64,000 nt of DNA from Candidatus Poribacteria bacterium (GCA_965197475.1 CBDANF010000003.1:1248001-1312000); one strand, 5' to 3'; positions 51,296-61,254 are shown, counted from the stretch's first letter. The notes: generated by a model not told the origin, from the letters alone. Translations and numbers: made by a program.

Positions 51296-52507
51296 TTATG
51301 TCAATAGTTCTGTGTAGACAGCTTCTGTCAAAGCAGTGTTCTTTGAACTGCTGAATAACTGTTCTGCGCGCTGACGTGCTGCTTTTCCCATGGCAGTTAA
51401 CTTTTTCCGATCAGTGGCAAGTATGGCAATAGCAGAAGCGATCGCCTCAGCATTTTCAGGCGGCACCAAAATTCCTGTTTCAGGCGTAACCAACTCTTTA
51501 CTTCCACCAAGCGGCGTAGCAATGACAGGCTTCCCAACCGCCATCGCCTCAATGATTGTGCGGGGGCATGCCTCTGGAATAATAGAAGGCACTAACATAA
51601 TGTCAAGCAGTGTCGTTATCACGCGCGTATTAGATAAAAACCCGGTGAAAATAACAAAGTCTTCAACGCCTAAATCGGCTACCTCCTGTTTTAACGAAGC
51701 CATATAATCGCGGTCTTTCTGAAAATAGGGACCGCCAACAATCAGAAGTTTGATGTTAACCGAGCCGTTAGGAAAGGTCTTTTTCAGCTCAGCCATCGCT
51801 CTCACAAGAAAATGGATTCCCTTCTCCGGTGTTATGCGTGTCACAACACCCACAACTATCGGAAATGTCGACTCTCCATCACTATGTGCAGGCGTAGCAT
51901 TTTCCGAAAAGAGTTCAGATTGAAGGGTTTTAACTTCTGCTTGCGATGCTTGAAAAGCCTCTAAATCTACTCCGTTATAGATTAAAGTCTGTTTTGCTGC
52001 AGGTGCAAAATCCCAGCGAGTTGCCTCTGACACCAGAATCACACGATGCAGCAGTTTTTCACAAATCTTGTCCAAAATGCCGTAGGATGTTGCATAGCGT
52101 TTGTGCATTAAAATTGGAATGCGGTTCATTCTTGCAACAATACCACCAAGTAGTGCTACCGAAAGGGAATTGGCATGGATGAGCGCAATTGAATGCCGCT
52201 TGACTGCCCGATGAAGTTGCGGGATAACCCGAAGTTGCCGAAAATCGTTGAGCAAATCTCGGAACGTAAATCGCTTCACCTTATCGGTTTTGTTATGCGC
52301 TTCAGGGAGAGACAACGGTACAACGTGCACATCTGTCTTTGCCACTTCCTGTGCAAACGGGCTTCCACCAAGACAACCCACAAAGGGCGTGAAACGTTGT
52401 TTGTCTAACAACTTCAGCAGAAGCAGCAGACTCCGTTGTCCACCGCCAATACCTGAACCGCTATCGAGATATAGGATATTGTATTTTAATGGATCGGGTG
52501 TTTTCAT
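51296..52507 (-). CDS. Glycosyltransferase family 4
   Basis: GGGQRS; IHANS; IYNGVD; EACPRTIIEAMAVGKPVI. Confidence 0.9.
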   Translation of the reverse strand: MKTPDPLKYNILYLDSGSGIGGGQRSLLLLLKLLDKQRFTPFVGCLGGSPFAQEVAKTDVHVVPLSLPEAHNKTDKVKRFTFRDLLNDFRQLRVIPQLHRAVKRHSIALIHANSLSVALLGGIVARMNRIPILMHKRYATSYGILDKICEKLLHRVILVSEATRWDFAPAAKQTLIYNGVDLEAFQASQAEVKTLQSELFSENATPAHSDGESTFPIVVGVVTRITPEKGIHFLVRAMAELKKTFPNGSVNIKLLIVGGPYFQKDRDYMASLKQEVADLGVEDFVIFTGFLSNTRVITTLLDIMLVPSIIPEACPRTIIEAMAVGKPVIATPLGGSKELVTPETGILVPPENAEAIASAIAILATDRKKLTAMGKAARQRAEQLFSSSKNTALTEAVYTELLT

Positions 52508-52895
52508 CTTCCCACGTTATATGAATCTTTATACATGTATCAGGCAATCTATCTGCCATCCGTTCTGCCCATTCAATAATGCAAATGCCATCACTCTCCA
52601 CATACTCGCCTAATCCAAGTTCGGCAATCTCTGTAGCAGTTTCAAGCCGATATAGATCGATGTGATAGATAGGGATCTTACCGTTATATTCGTTGATGAG
52701 TATATAAGAGGGACTGCTGACAACCTCATTCGGAGCAATGCCAACACCACGCGCGATACCTTGTGTTAAACATGTCTTTCCTGTGCCAAGATCACCTATC
52801 AGTGCGATAATGTCACCGGTTTTTAGCGTTTTGCCAAGTTTTTCACCGAGAGCTTGTGTCTCTTCCGGACTCTCTGTCCTAAATACCTTTTCCAT
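52461..52895 (-). CDS. tsaE: tRNA threonylcarbamoyladenosine biosynthesis ATPase TsaE
   Basis: GDLGTGKT; VSSPSY; HIDLYRL; IIEWAE. Confidence 0.95.
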   Translation of the reverse strand: MEKVFRTESPEETQALGEKLGKTLKTGDIIALIGDLGTGKTCLTQGIARGVGIAPNEVVSSPSYILINEYNGKIPIYHIDLYRLETATEIAELGLGEYVESDGICIIEWAERMADRLPDTCIKIHITWEDENTRSIKIQYPISR

Positions 52896-54424
52896 TACGC
52901 TCCTGCTGCACATCGCAAGATGTCCTCTTGCGTCAAATTTTCGTTGACAAATTCACCTGTAATTCTGCCTTCATGTAATACCAAAACCCGATCACTCATC
53001 CCTAAAATCTCCGGTAGTTCTGAAGATACTAATACGATAGCAACGCCTTCGTCAGCAAGTTGAGCAGTCAAGGTATGAATTTCTGCCTTCGCCCCGACAT
53101 CAATCCCACGTGTCGGTTCATCAAGAAACAGCACTATCGGACGCGTCATGAGCCATTTGCCTAAAACCACTTTCTGCTGATTTCCACCACTAAGCTGACT
53201 AACAGGAACATCAAGCGAAGTCGTTTTAATGCGGAGTGAATCCACAGAGTACATGCTTTTTTGATATTCTACTTGACGGTTGATCACACCATACGAGGTA
53301 ATTTCTCTTGATGCACCGAGACTCACCAGCGTCATGTTCCGGACAACATCGTTATCCAAAATAAGTCCATACCTTTTCCGGTCTTCGCTGACCAACGCCA
53401 TTCCGTGCCGTATTGCATCGCGCGGTGAACGAATCTGGACACGGATCCCATCTCTATAAACCTTTCCATTCCACCTCCCCGAATACGCACCAAAGATAGT
53501 ATTAATCAACTCAGTTCTACCTGCCCCCATCAGTCCTGCTATCCCAAGTATCTCCCCACGCCGCACCGCAAAACTTATGTTCTCAAGACACGGTGGTTCT
53601 AAAGGATAAGTGCTTAAATCTTCAACCTGTAGTGCTAAATTTGTTTCCGCTGATGATGGCGAAATGTGTTGCCGTGTCGGAAAAAGTGTTGTCAACTCCC
53701 TGCCAACCATTTGCGAAACCAGTATATCTTCGGTGCAGTCATCAATTGTTTGCGTTGCAACCGTTTTCCCATCGCGTAGCACCGTCACTCGGTCAGCAAT
53801 CTGAAATATCTCCTTGAGTTTATGGGTAATATAGATACAGGCTACGCCTTTGTCTTGCAGTTGCGTTAAAATCTGCCGGAGGATGTCCACCTCACTTTTA
53901 GTCAACGCTGCTGTCGGTTCATCAAGCACAAGCAACCGCGCATTTCGGGATAACGCCTTTGCAATCTCAACAAGTTGCTGTTGCCCAATACCGAGTTTAT
54001 AGACTTGTCCCTGTAGTGGAATTTCCAATCCAAACTGTGCCAGCAACTGTCCCGCATCGTGATACAGATGGGATTTGTCAATTATACCAAATCGGCGCGG
54101 CTCCCTGCCAAGATAGATATTTTCCGCAACTGTCATCTCCGGAATCAGTGCCAATTCCTGATGAATAATCGCAATACCCGCGTGTTCAGCATCACGCACG
54201 TTACGGAAACGTTGTTCAACACCTTTGATGTGCAGCTGTCCTTCGTAAGTCCCATGCGGATGCACCGCACCGAGAATTTTTATCAGCGTTGATTTACCTG
54301 CGCCATTCTCGCCGCAAAGTGCGTGAATTTCTCCAGAATGCACCTCAAAATTCACGTCGTCTAACGCACGCACGCCGGGAAAATCTTTTGTAATTGCTTG
54401 CATATTGAGAAGCAGGGCTGCCAT
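52895..54424 (-). CDS. Monosaccharide ABC transporter ATP-binding protein (XylG/RbsA-like)
   Basis: GENGAGKST; LDEPTAAL; LSGGNQQKV; LDEPTRGIDVGAK. Confidence 0.92.
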   Translation of the reverse strand: MAALLLNMQAITKDFPGVRALDDVNFEVHSGEIHALCGENGAGKSTLIKILGAVHPHGTYEGQLHIKGVEQRFRNVRDAEHAGIAIIHQELALIPEMTVAENIYLGREPRRFGIIDKSHLYHDAGQLLAQFGLEIPLQGQVYKLGIGQQQLVEIAKALSRNARLLVLDEPTAALTKSEVDILRQILTQLQDKGVACIYITHKLKEIFQIADRVTVLRDGKTVATQTIDDCTEDILVSQMVGRELTTLFPTRQHISPSSAETNLALQVEDLSTYPLEPPCLENISFAVRRGEILGIAGLMGAGRTELINTIFGAYSGRWNGKVYRDGIRVQIRSPRDAIRHGMALVSEDRKRYGLILDNDVVRNMTLVSLGASREITSYGVINRQVEYQKSMYSVDSLRIKTTSLDVPVSQLSGGNQQKVVLGKWLMTRPIVLFLDEPTRGIDVGAKAEIHTLTAQLADEGVAIVLVSSELPEILGMSDRVLVLHEGRITGEFVNENLTQEDILRCAAGA

Positions 54425-54461
54425 TGTAGTTGCGCTCCAATTCCGAATTCATGTTATTATA

Positions 54462-54614
54462 ACCCAAGTTGCCACCTATCTATAGACATAGCACCCCTAC
54501 AGGGTGCAGTTGCTTAAATATGCCGTTTTCTATAGACATATCACCCCTACGGGGTGGAGAAAAATCTGTAAAAACCCCTTGAAACGTCGAAAACTTGTTA
54601 GTAGCAACTTGGGT
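54462..54614. mobile_element. MITE (ACCC ends, IS982-like) with a 7-bp target duplication, carrying a REP-like doublet
   Basis: Inverted repeats ACCCAAGTTGCCAC / GTAGCAACTTGGGT. TATTATA duplicated at 54455-54461 and 54615-54621. Internal CTATAGACATA..CACCCCTAC(A/G)GGGTG at 54480 and 54530. Confidence 0.85.
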
Positions 54615-54615
54615 T

Positions 54616-54644
54616 ATTATAGCAGGATTATGTGGCGGATTCAA
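54616..54644 (-). promoter_or_regulatory. Sigma70-type promoter of the ABC ATPase-tsaE-GT operon
   Basis: Minus strand TTGAAT-N17-TATAAT with an extended TG; the -10 box lies within the MITE target duplication. Confidence 0.7.
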
Positions 54645-54649
54645 GTTTT

Positions 54650-54858
54650 TTGTCATTGTTACCCGCCCTGCCATCGCAAGCAGTGCAAGGACAATTCGGC
54701 ATAACTGCCGGGTCGTCGTTGCGGATAAATGTGGAATAAAAACAGTAAACAGTGCTATAATTTCAGGCATGGGGATTGTCCTTTCTAAGTTATGTTTAGG
54801 TGTTATAACTTTAGGACAACCGCCCTATTCATTCAAGTATTTTTTGGCGAAGGTATTG
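54650..54858 (-). pseudogene. Truncated IS remnant (left end plus about 40 N-terminal transposase codons)
   Basis: MPEIIALFTVFIPHLSATTTRQLCRIVLALLAMAGRVTM resembles IS4/IS701-like transposase N-termini; CAATACCTTCGCCAA is a possible terminal repeat. Recognised from memory only. Confidence 0.5.
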
Positions 54859-54981
54859 CACGTTAATAGTATCTATTTATCTTCGGTGTCTCTTCTGTAG
54901 GAGCGACCTCCCGGTCTTGACCTGTTTAAAACACTGTAAAAAACTGAACCTAAGTGATACCAAAGTCGGCTTAGATTATTC

Positions 54982-55010
54982 TTGACAATATAAAACAAAA
55001 ATAGTATACT
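54982..55010 (+). promoter_or_regulatory. Sigma70-type promoter
   Basis: TTGACA-N17-TATACT. Confidence 0.7.
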
Positions 55011-55077
55011 TAATCAAGTAAGGTAGATTCAGTATTTTGAAAGGATTAGGGCAGTTTGCTGCCCATATACTTAACGT

Positions 55078-55869
55078 ATGGACCTCGGACTCACGGACAA
55101 AATCGCAGTTGTAGGCGCATCAAGCAAAGGACTTGGCAAAGCAATTGCACTCGGTTTGGCGCAAGAGGGTGCAAAGGTCACCATCTGTGCCAGAAATAAA
55201 GACACGCTGGAGACGACAGCACAAGAAATTCGTAGCCAAACAGCCACTGAAGTGTTGGCAATACCGACTGATGTTAGCAAACCCGATCAGATTGAATCTC
55301 TGATAAATAAAGCGATATCTCACTTCGGGGGTATTGATATTTTAGTTAACAACGCAGGCGGTCCTAGAGCGGGACGGTTTGATGACCTGTCTGCAGAAGA
55401 TTATCTGAGTGCTGTGCATTTAAATTTGATGAGCACTATCAACCTATGCCGTGCTGTTGTGCCGACAATGCGTACACGCGGGAGCGGACGGATTATCAAC
55501 CTAACATCTGTCTCTGTTAAACAACCTGTGGATGGATTGATGTTATCGAATATGGCGCGGACAGGTGTGATTGGATTTGCCAAAACACTTGCAACGGAAC
55601 TTGCCTCCGACAAAATCCTGGTAAATAACGTATGTCCTGGGATAATCTTCACGGATCGAATCAAGCAATTGGCAACAGTACGTGCGGAAGAAGCAGGTAT
55701 CACCTTTGACGCGGCACTTGAGAAAATGACAGCAGATATCCCACTTGGAAGAATTGGGGATCCAGAAGAATTCGCCAACTTGGTCGTCTTCCTCGCCTCT
55801 GAACGGGCAAGTTACATTACAGGAGCGACGATTCAGGCAGATGGAGGTATGGTCAGATCATTGCTCTAA
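55078..55869 (+). CDS. Short-chain dehydrogenase/reductase
   Basis: GASSKGLG; LVNNAGGP; SNMAR at the catalytic position; YITG...DGG. Confidence 0.9.
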   Translation: MDLGLTDKIAVVGASSKGLGKAIALGLAQEGAKVTICARNKDTLETTAQEIRSQTATEVLAIPTDVSKPDQIESLINKAISHFGGIDILVNNAGGPRAGRFDDLSAEDYLSAVHLNLMSTINLCRAVVPTMRTRGSGRIINLTSVSVKQPVDGLMLSNMARTGVIGFAKTLATELASDKILVNNVCPGIIFTDRIKQLATVRAEEAGITFDAALEKMTADIPLGRIGDPEEFANLVVFLASERASYITGATIQADGGMVRSLL

Positions 55870-55973
55870 TTGGTTTCGGAGATTGATTAGAACCTCTTTA
55901 CTGACTGCTGAAAGATGACCATCAATAGCCATTAAAAGAAACGTAATGCATAATAAAAGAGACGTAATGCACA

Positions 55974-56699
55974 ATGTTAGTATCTGTAATCATCCCTGCG
56001 TATAATGAAGAGCAAACAATCCGACAGGTACTCGAAACTGTGCAAGCATTGCCCATTGAGAAACAGATTATTGTTGTCAATGACGGGTCAACTGATGAAA
56101 CTTATACTATCCTTGAGGAACTCCGTAGCGACGACGGTTTAACTATCGTACATTGCAAGGAGAACCGTGGTAAAGGTTTTGCGATTCGAAGTGGGATGCC
56201 TTATGTTAAGGGAAGTGTGGTTGTTATACAAGATGCGGATATGGAACTTAGTCCGACTGACCTATTGCAATTGGTTGAACCGTTGAAAAATGAAAAAGTT
56301 GAAGTCATCTACGGTTCCCGATTTCTGAACGGCAGAGGGAACGCGAGTATTCATAATTTTATTGCAAACCGTATACTCGCGATGTACACCAATCTCCTCT
56401 ACGGATGCAGAATCACGGATGAATCTACCGGTTATAAAGCGTTTTCAGCAGACTTGATAAAACAATTAAATTTGACATGTGAAGGATTTGAGTTTTGTCC
56501 TGAAGTCACAGCAAAGATTTTGCGTGCTGGTTATCACATCCATGAAGTACCGGTTTCCTATTTCCCTCGTACGAAAAAGGAGGGTAAAAAGTTGCGCTTT
56601 TGGTCGGATGGGTTGTTTGCTGCATGGACGTTATTGAAGTATCGGTTTATATCAAAGACAAAGATTTTCAAAAACACAACGCATAATGAAATGCGTTGA
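55974..56699 (+). CDS. Glycosyltransferase family 2 (DPM-synthase-like)
   Basis: VIIPAYNEE; VNDGSTD; NRGKG; QDAD; YGSRF. Confidence 0.92.
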   Translation: MLVSVIIPAYNEEQTIRQVLETVQALPIEKQIIVVNDGSTDETYTILEELRSDDGLTIVHCKENRGKGFAIRSGMPYVKGSVVVIQDADMELSPTDLLQLVEPLKNEKVEVIYGSRFLNGRGNASIHNFIANRILAMYTNLLYGCRITDESTGYKAFSADLIKQLNLTCEGFEFCPEVTAKILRAGYHIHEVPVSYFPRTKKEGKKLRFWSDGLFAAWTLLKYRFISKTKIFKNTTHNEMR

Positions 56700-56720
56700 T
56701 ACAAACATCTGGAGGTTAAA

Positions 56721-58343
56721 TTGTCGAAAATGTTTAAAAAGATGGTTTATTCCGTATTCCTCCTTTTACTTTTGGGAGGCGTGTCGTTTTCAGCATTTGG
56801 TCACGGTGAAGGGGATACCTTATTAGAAGATGTCAATAAGGATGGCAAGGTAAATATCCAAGACCTTGTGTTAGTTGCATCTGCGTTCGGACAACCTATT
56901 GACCGAAACGCTGAACAGAACCCTGATGTTAATCGTGACGGCACTGTTGATATACGTGATCTTGTTCGGGTGGCAAACCGTTTTGGTGCAACGGATCAGG
57001 AGGATAACTCAACCTATCATGATATTCAGGATGAAATCTTTGATAAGAGTTGTGCCAACAGTGCTTGCCACGCGCCTCCTTCAAACTCTGCGGATTTGAA
57101 TCTCACTTACGGTCAATCTTATCAAGGTTTGATTGATAGAATGCCACGGAATCCAGCAGCGGCGGCAATGGGTATGAAACTTATAGATCCAGGTAATCCA
57201 GATAACAGTTTTCTTTTGACAAAGTTGATGGGACCAGAAGCACCAGAATTCGGAGGGCGCATGCCTTACCTTATGGGCCCCCTCCACAATGGGAAAATTG
57301 AAGCGATACGCACTTGGATAGAAGCAGGGGCTCCACGAGAAGGAAAAGTGACAGGTATTGGTGACTTGGGTGTGCTACGCGATCCGCAAGAGGTATTTAA
57401 TCCGCCTCCGCCGCCATCTCCTGGAGAAGGTTATCAACTTCGTTTGCCTCCATTCAAGATTGAACCCGGCACTGAGCGAGAAATCTTCTACGCAACACAG
57501 ATCAAGGATGAAAATGGACAACTTGTAGAGGGAGATATCTTTATTAACAGAGTTGAAATCTTCTACCCATCTGGAAGCCATCACTTCATCATTTACCGAC
57601 TCACGGAGGAAGGTCTTGCAAACGGTATTCAAAATATAGGGGTTGACCCCAACATCGGTGTAGATCCGAAAGATCAATTCCGCGAACTTGACCCAGATGA
57701 TCCACAGACACTTGGCAATTTCGGCATTGATAGGCTCTTCGTCGTTGGAACACAGACCGATGATACACTCTTCCAATTTCCTGGGGGCGTAGGTTTGCGG
57801 TTGCCCGGGGAAACAGTATACGACCTGAATTCCCATTATATAAATCTTCTCGGTGAAGAAACGTTGATTGGTGAAACTTATGTCAATATCTACACAATCC
57901 CAGAGGAAGAGGTAAAGTACGAAGCGATCGAGATTTTTGTTTCCAATCGGTCAATAAACGTACCACCGAATACAACGCGTGTCGCCAAATTGACGTGGTA
58001 TGTTGAAGATGAATTGGAACGCCGAGGGCACGATCCGGATACAGAGTTGTATGTTTTTCTACTTACATCACACATGCATAGACACGGTGAATTGTTTGAA
58101 ATTACCCAAGACTCAACAGGGGAATTGTTGCATCGCAGTATTGCTTATGACGATGCGCCTATTACACTGTTCGACTCGCCTCTTATCTTAAATTCAGATG
58201 ACGGTCTAAAATTCCAATGTACGCATAATAACTACGATAAAAATGTACCACTCCAATTCGGACTTACATCCGAAGACGAGATGTGTATTATTTTTGGTTA
58301 TTATTATATTCCTGTTGAAAAAGCAGGAGATATAATTCAATAG
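56721..58343 (+). CDS. Secreted dockerin-like + c-type-heme-like + copper monooxygenase (PHM-like) protein
   Basis: Signal peptide; DVNKDGKVNIQDLV and DVNRDGTVDIRDLV; CANSACH...RMP...IRTWIEAGA; GSHHFII, NSHY, SHMH, DEMC. Confidence 0.75.
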   Translation: MSKMFKKMVYSVFLLLLLGGVSFSAFGHGEGDTLLEDVNKDGKVNIQDLVLVASAFGQPIDRNAEQNPDVNRDGTVDIRDLVRVANRFGATDQEDNSTYHDIQDEIFDKSCANSACHAPPSNSADLNLTYGQSYQGLIDRMPRNPAAAAMGMKLIDPGNPDNSFLLTKLMGPEAPEFGGRMPYLMGPLHNGKIEAIRTWIEAGAPREGKVTGIGDLGVLRDPQEVFNPPPPPSPGEGYQLRLPPFKIEPGTEREIFYATQIKDENGQLVEGDIFINRVEIFYPSGSHHFIIYRLTEEGLANGIQNIGVDPNIGVDPKDQFRELDPDDPQTLGNFGIDRLFVVGTQTDDTLFQFPGGVGLRLPGETVYDLNSHYINLLGEETLIGETYVNIYTIPEEEVKYEAIEIFVSNRSINVPPNTTRVAKLTWYVEDELERRGHDPDTELYVFLLTSHMHRHGELFEITQDSTGELLHRSIAYDDAPITLFDSPLILNSDDGLKFQCTHNNYDKNVPLQFGLTSEDEMCIIFGYYYIPVEKAGDIIQ

Positions 58344-58357
58344 TGTTCTTTGCATTG

Positions 58358-58745
58358 CTATAGTTTGGACAATTTCTTTCTGTTTCATGTTGAGTTCTCA
58401 AGCATTCTTATTTTTCTTTGAGTTTTGTCCGGGATCGTAACTCGTAGAAAAACATATTGAGCAGCCCCAGCGGGGCGGAATGTTTATAGCAATGGTGAAC
58501 AACCCATATTGAGCCCCAGCGGGGCGAAATGTGTCCGAATAGGGTTTCTGCCGATAACACAACTCGTGTTCACGGACCACCCCTACGGGGTTCAAGAGAT
58601 AGATTCCTCATATCTATAAACATATCGTCCCTACGGGACTAAAAATGCTCTTTTGAATGCTCTTGGTTCTTAATAGTATCAATGTCCTATGGGAATTTAC
58701 TATGACCAAGCACTTAAACAAAGTCTAAAATTGTCCAAACTATAG
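58358..58745. mobile_element. MITE with perfect 18-bp inverted repeats enclosing four REP-like hairpins
   Basis: CTATAGTTTGGACAATTT / AAATTGTCCAAACTATAG; hairpin units at 58464, 58513, about 58579 and about 58613-58640. Confidence 0.8.
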
Positions 58746-58800
58746 TTAATTGTAAGCTTACCATAAACTAAAAAACTTGTCCTAATGGAGGTCACATAAA

Positions 58801-61254
58801 TTGGCTTTCAAATTCACTTACAGTCCAATTGATGGAGAGGGCAATGTTAAGCCCAAAACCCACTTAAATATAGATATTGATGGTATTGAATCCATTAATG
58901 ATATATTCAAGTTGTACATTGTGAAAAAGGTTGGATTTTGGAGAGGATACAAAGAAGGTAAACTAGTAGATTCAATCGCGTCAAGGCTTGGTATCAGATA
59001 TTCTCAAATTGAGGCACTTCGCCGGAGTCCTGAGTGGCATGATGCGGTAGATGCTTACTCTCAAGACGAAACCGTAAGAAATAAGCTCAAATTGGATGCT
59101 TCAGGTCGAAAACGGAGTGGTCGAAGTTTAGAATTGGATTTTGAACTTCCTGAAGGCGTACGTGCGACAGGTAAACCACAACAAGTAAAATCTGAAATAA
59201 AGCACGTTGAAGGGAAACCGATTTGGGAAATTGAATTTGAAATTCCTACAGAAAGATATACACCTTCTGAGAACGAAGAATGTTTGAAGGAATACCTTAA
59301 CGATCTTAATCCATCTCAGTTGCGAGCAGTAACGCAATCTCCCGGCGTATTGCTTATCTTAGCCGGTCCAGGTTCAGGCAAAACACGCGTGTTAACTACA
59401 CGGATTGCTCATTTAGTGAAGCAGCAGTACGTAAAGCCAAACCTTTGTCGCGCTATTACTTTCACGCGCGCTGCCACCACTGAGATGAAAGAACGCCTAG
59501 ATGAATTGAAAGTGGAAGATGTAGTCGTTTCGACAATTCACGGACTTGCTAGAGAGATCATTGACAAATTTTACCGCTCACACCCAGATTTGATGCAAAT
59601 GTGTTCAACGGCAAAACGTACAGCTCCACTTTGTTGGATTGACGGGATGGACGAATCTCGGTATCCTGTATTTAAAGCACTTAACGGAGATACATATCCG
59701 GTAACACCAGAGAATTGTTTATACTTAGCACTTGGTCATGTTGTCTATTTAGTGAAGCAAGGATTAGATAAAACTAAAACATCGTTTTCGTGGCAGCGTT
59801 CGTTACAGATCACCAAGGAGTTGAAGTTGATAAACGAACGATTGAATACTGCAACAACAGCAACGCAACACCGATTTTGGGAGCGGTTGGCATCGTATGT
59901 GAGTCTTTTTCATCTAAAAAACTATGTGAACAATGTTCTGGGACACTCAATTCGTGCTTCGCTGGATCCGGAGGATCTCACCGAGATACACAGTCTACTA
60001 AATACTTTTTTGAAAGATTTTTCAATTGCATTAGATAATTTTCTCGATTCGGTTGCGTTAATCTATAAAAGTTTGATCGAAACAAAAGGACTTATTGATT
60101 ACACAGGACAGCTGCTATGGGCACACAAAATCTTGCAACACGATGAAGGAGTGCTTTCCGAAGCACAAGATTTATACGAAGCTTATTTTGTTGATGAATT
60201 CCAAGATACAGATACGGTCCAGTTTGAAACTCTCAAACTCCTTTCAGGGCGATACCGGAACCTGACAGTCGTAGGTGACCCTAATCAAGCAATTTACGGC
60301 TTCCGCGGAGCGGATGTCAAAGGCATACTTGATTTTCAAGAGACATTTCCAGATGCAAACGCAGTTTCTTTAGACATCAATTACCGATCCACACAACAGA
60401 TCGTTGATGCTTCCTACGTAGTGGTAGAAGATTTTCAACAGGACGGCTGGGTTCGGTGTCAAGGATTGAAAGAAGGATCTTCAGTCCGTTTCATTCAAAA
60501 ACTAAACGAGATTGAATCCTATCCTTCTGATTTTACCGTGTTGACACGTACAAACAAAGGATCGAAAGAAATTGGACAACTGCTGCAACAGGATGGTGTC
60601 CTCTATAAAATGTGCACGCGCGATAACCCACGCCCACATCTCGGAATTCCGAGTTGGCGCGTGATACCTGTGGTAGATATCTTACGCGCTGCTGAGGATT
60701 TTGATGATGTGCAACGGATTTTAGCAGCAATTCAACATGTCAGAGGCGTGGGTAAAAAAACATTGGCGCGTTTTAGGAAAGACCCTGCTGCTATGTGGAT
60801 TCACCCTAATACGACAGAAGTTGTTGCATGGTTGGCAAAAGGAATACCTTCCGTTTCAGAGATATACACATTAAAAAAACTAAAACTCTATATTGATTTC
60901 CTGCCACAGACGGAGATAACCGCCGAAATGGAATATCTCACAGAGATTTTAGACCAATTTCCAAGCTGCCCAACTTATGATGACCTATTAGCAGAAGCTT
61001 CCGTGGAAATCCGAACCATTCATTCTGCAAAAGGACTTGAGCGTCCGCGTGTCGTGGTTGATCTCAGAGGATTCAAACCTTGGGATGATTCCAATGAAGA
61101 ACTCGCGGAAGAATGTCGGGTCCTCTATGTCGCAATGTCTCGCGCAGAACAAGAACTTTATTTACTCCGAAACAACCGGAAAAACTTTCCTAATCTTGAG
61201 ACTCTGAAGGCTTTCATAGAAACACAGCAAAGAAACAAGCCTATAGATAGATAG
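58801..61254 (+). CDS. UvrD/Rep-like SF1 helicase with an atypical N-terminal extension
   Basis: GGAGG + TTG start; LNPSQ; AGPGSGKT; VDEFQD; VGDPNQAIYGFRG; NYRS; TIHSAKGLE; LYVAMSRA. Confidence 0.88.
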   Translation: MAFKFTYSPIDGEGNVKPKTHLNIDIDGIESINDIFKLYIVKKVGFWRGYKEGKLVDSIASRLGIRYSQIEALRRSPEWHDAVDAYSQDETVRNKLKLDASGRKRSGRSLELDFELPEGVRATGKPQQVKSEIKHVEGKPIWEIEFEIPTERYTPSENEECLKEYLNDLNPSQLRAVTQSPGVLLILAGPGSGKTRVLTTRIAHLVKQQYVKPNLCRAITFTRAATTEMKERLDELKVEDVVVSTIHGLAREIIDKFYRSHPDLMQMCSTAKRTAPLCWIDGMDESRYPVFKALNGDTYPVTPENCLYLALGHVVYLVKQGLDKTKTSFSWQRSLQITKELKLINERLNTATTATQHRFWERLASYVSLFHLKNYVNNVLGHSIRASLDPEDLTEIHSLLNTFLKDFSIALDNFLDSVALIYKSLIETKGLIDYTGQLLWAHKILQHDEGVLSEAQDLYEAYFVDEFQDTDTVQFETLKLLSGRYRNLTVVGDPNQAIYGFRGADVKGILDFQETFPDANAVSLDINYRSTQQIVDASYVVVEDFQQDGWVRCQGLKEGSSVRFIQKLNEIESYPSDFTVLTRTNKGSKEIGQLLQQDGVLYKMCTRDNPRPHLGIPSWRVIPVVDILRAAEDFDDVQRILAAIQHVRGVGKKTLARFRKDPAAMWIHPNTTEVVAWLAKGIPSVSEIYTLKKLKLYIDFLPQTEITAEMEYLTEILDQFPSCPTYDDLLAEASVEIRTIHSAKGLERPRVVVDLRGFKPWDDSNEELAEECRVLYVAMSRAEQELYLLRNNRKNFPNLETLKAFIETQQRNKPIDR

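Noticed and set aside
55933-55974. 21-bp tandem duplication before the GT2 start (and an 11-bp duplication near 51275)
   Set aside because: Two-copy local duplications with no further support for a function.
3856-58343. PAL-like and PHM-like genes as a peptide-amidation pathway
   Set aside because: They are about 52 kb apart, and the PAL-like protein has no signal peptide while the PHM-like protein is secreted.
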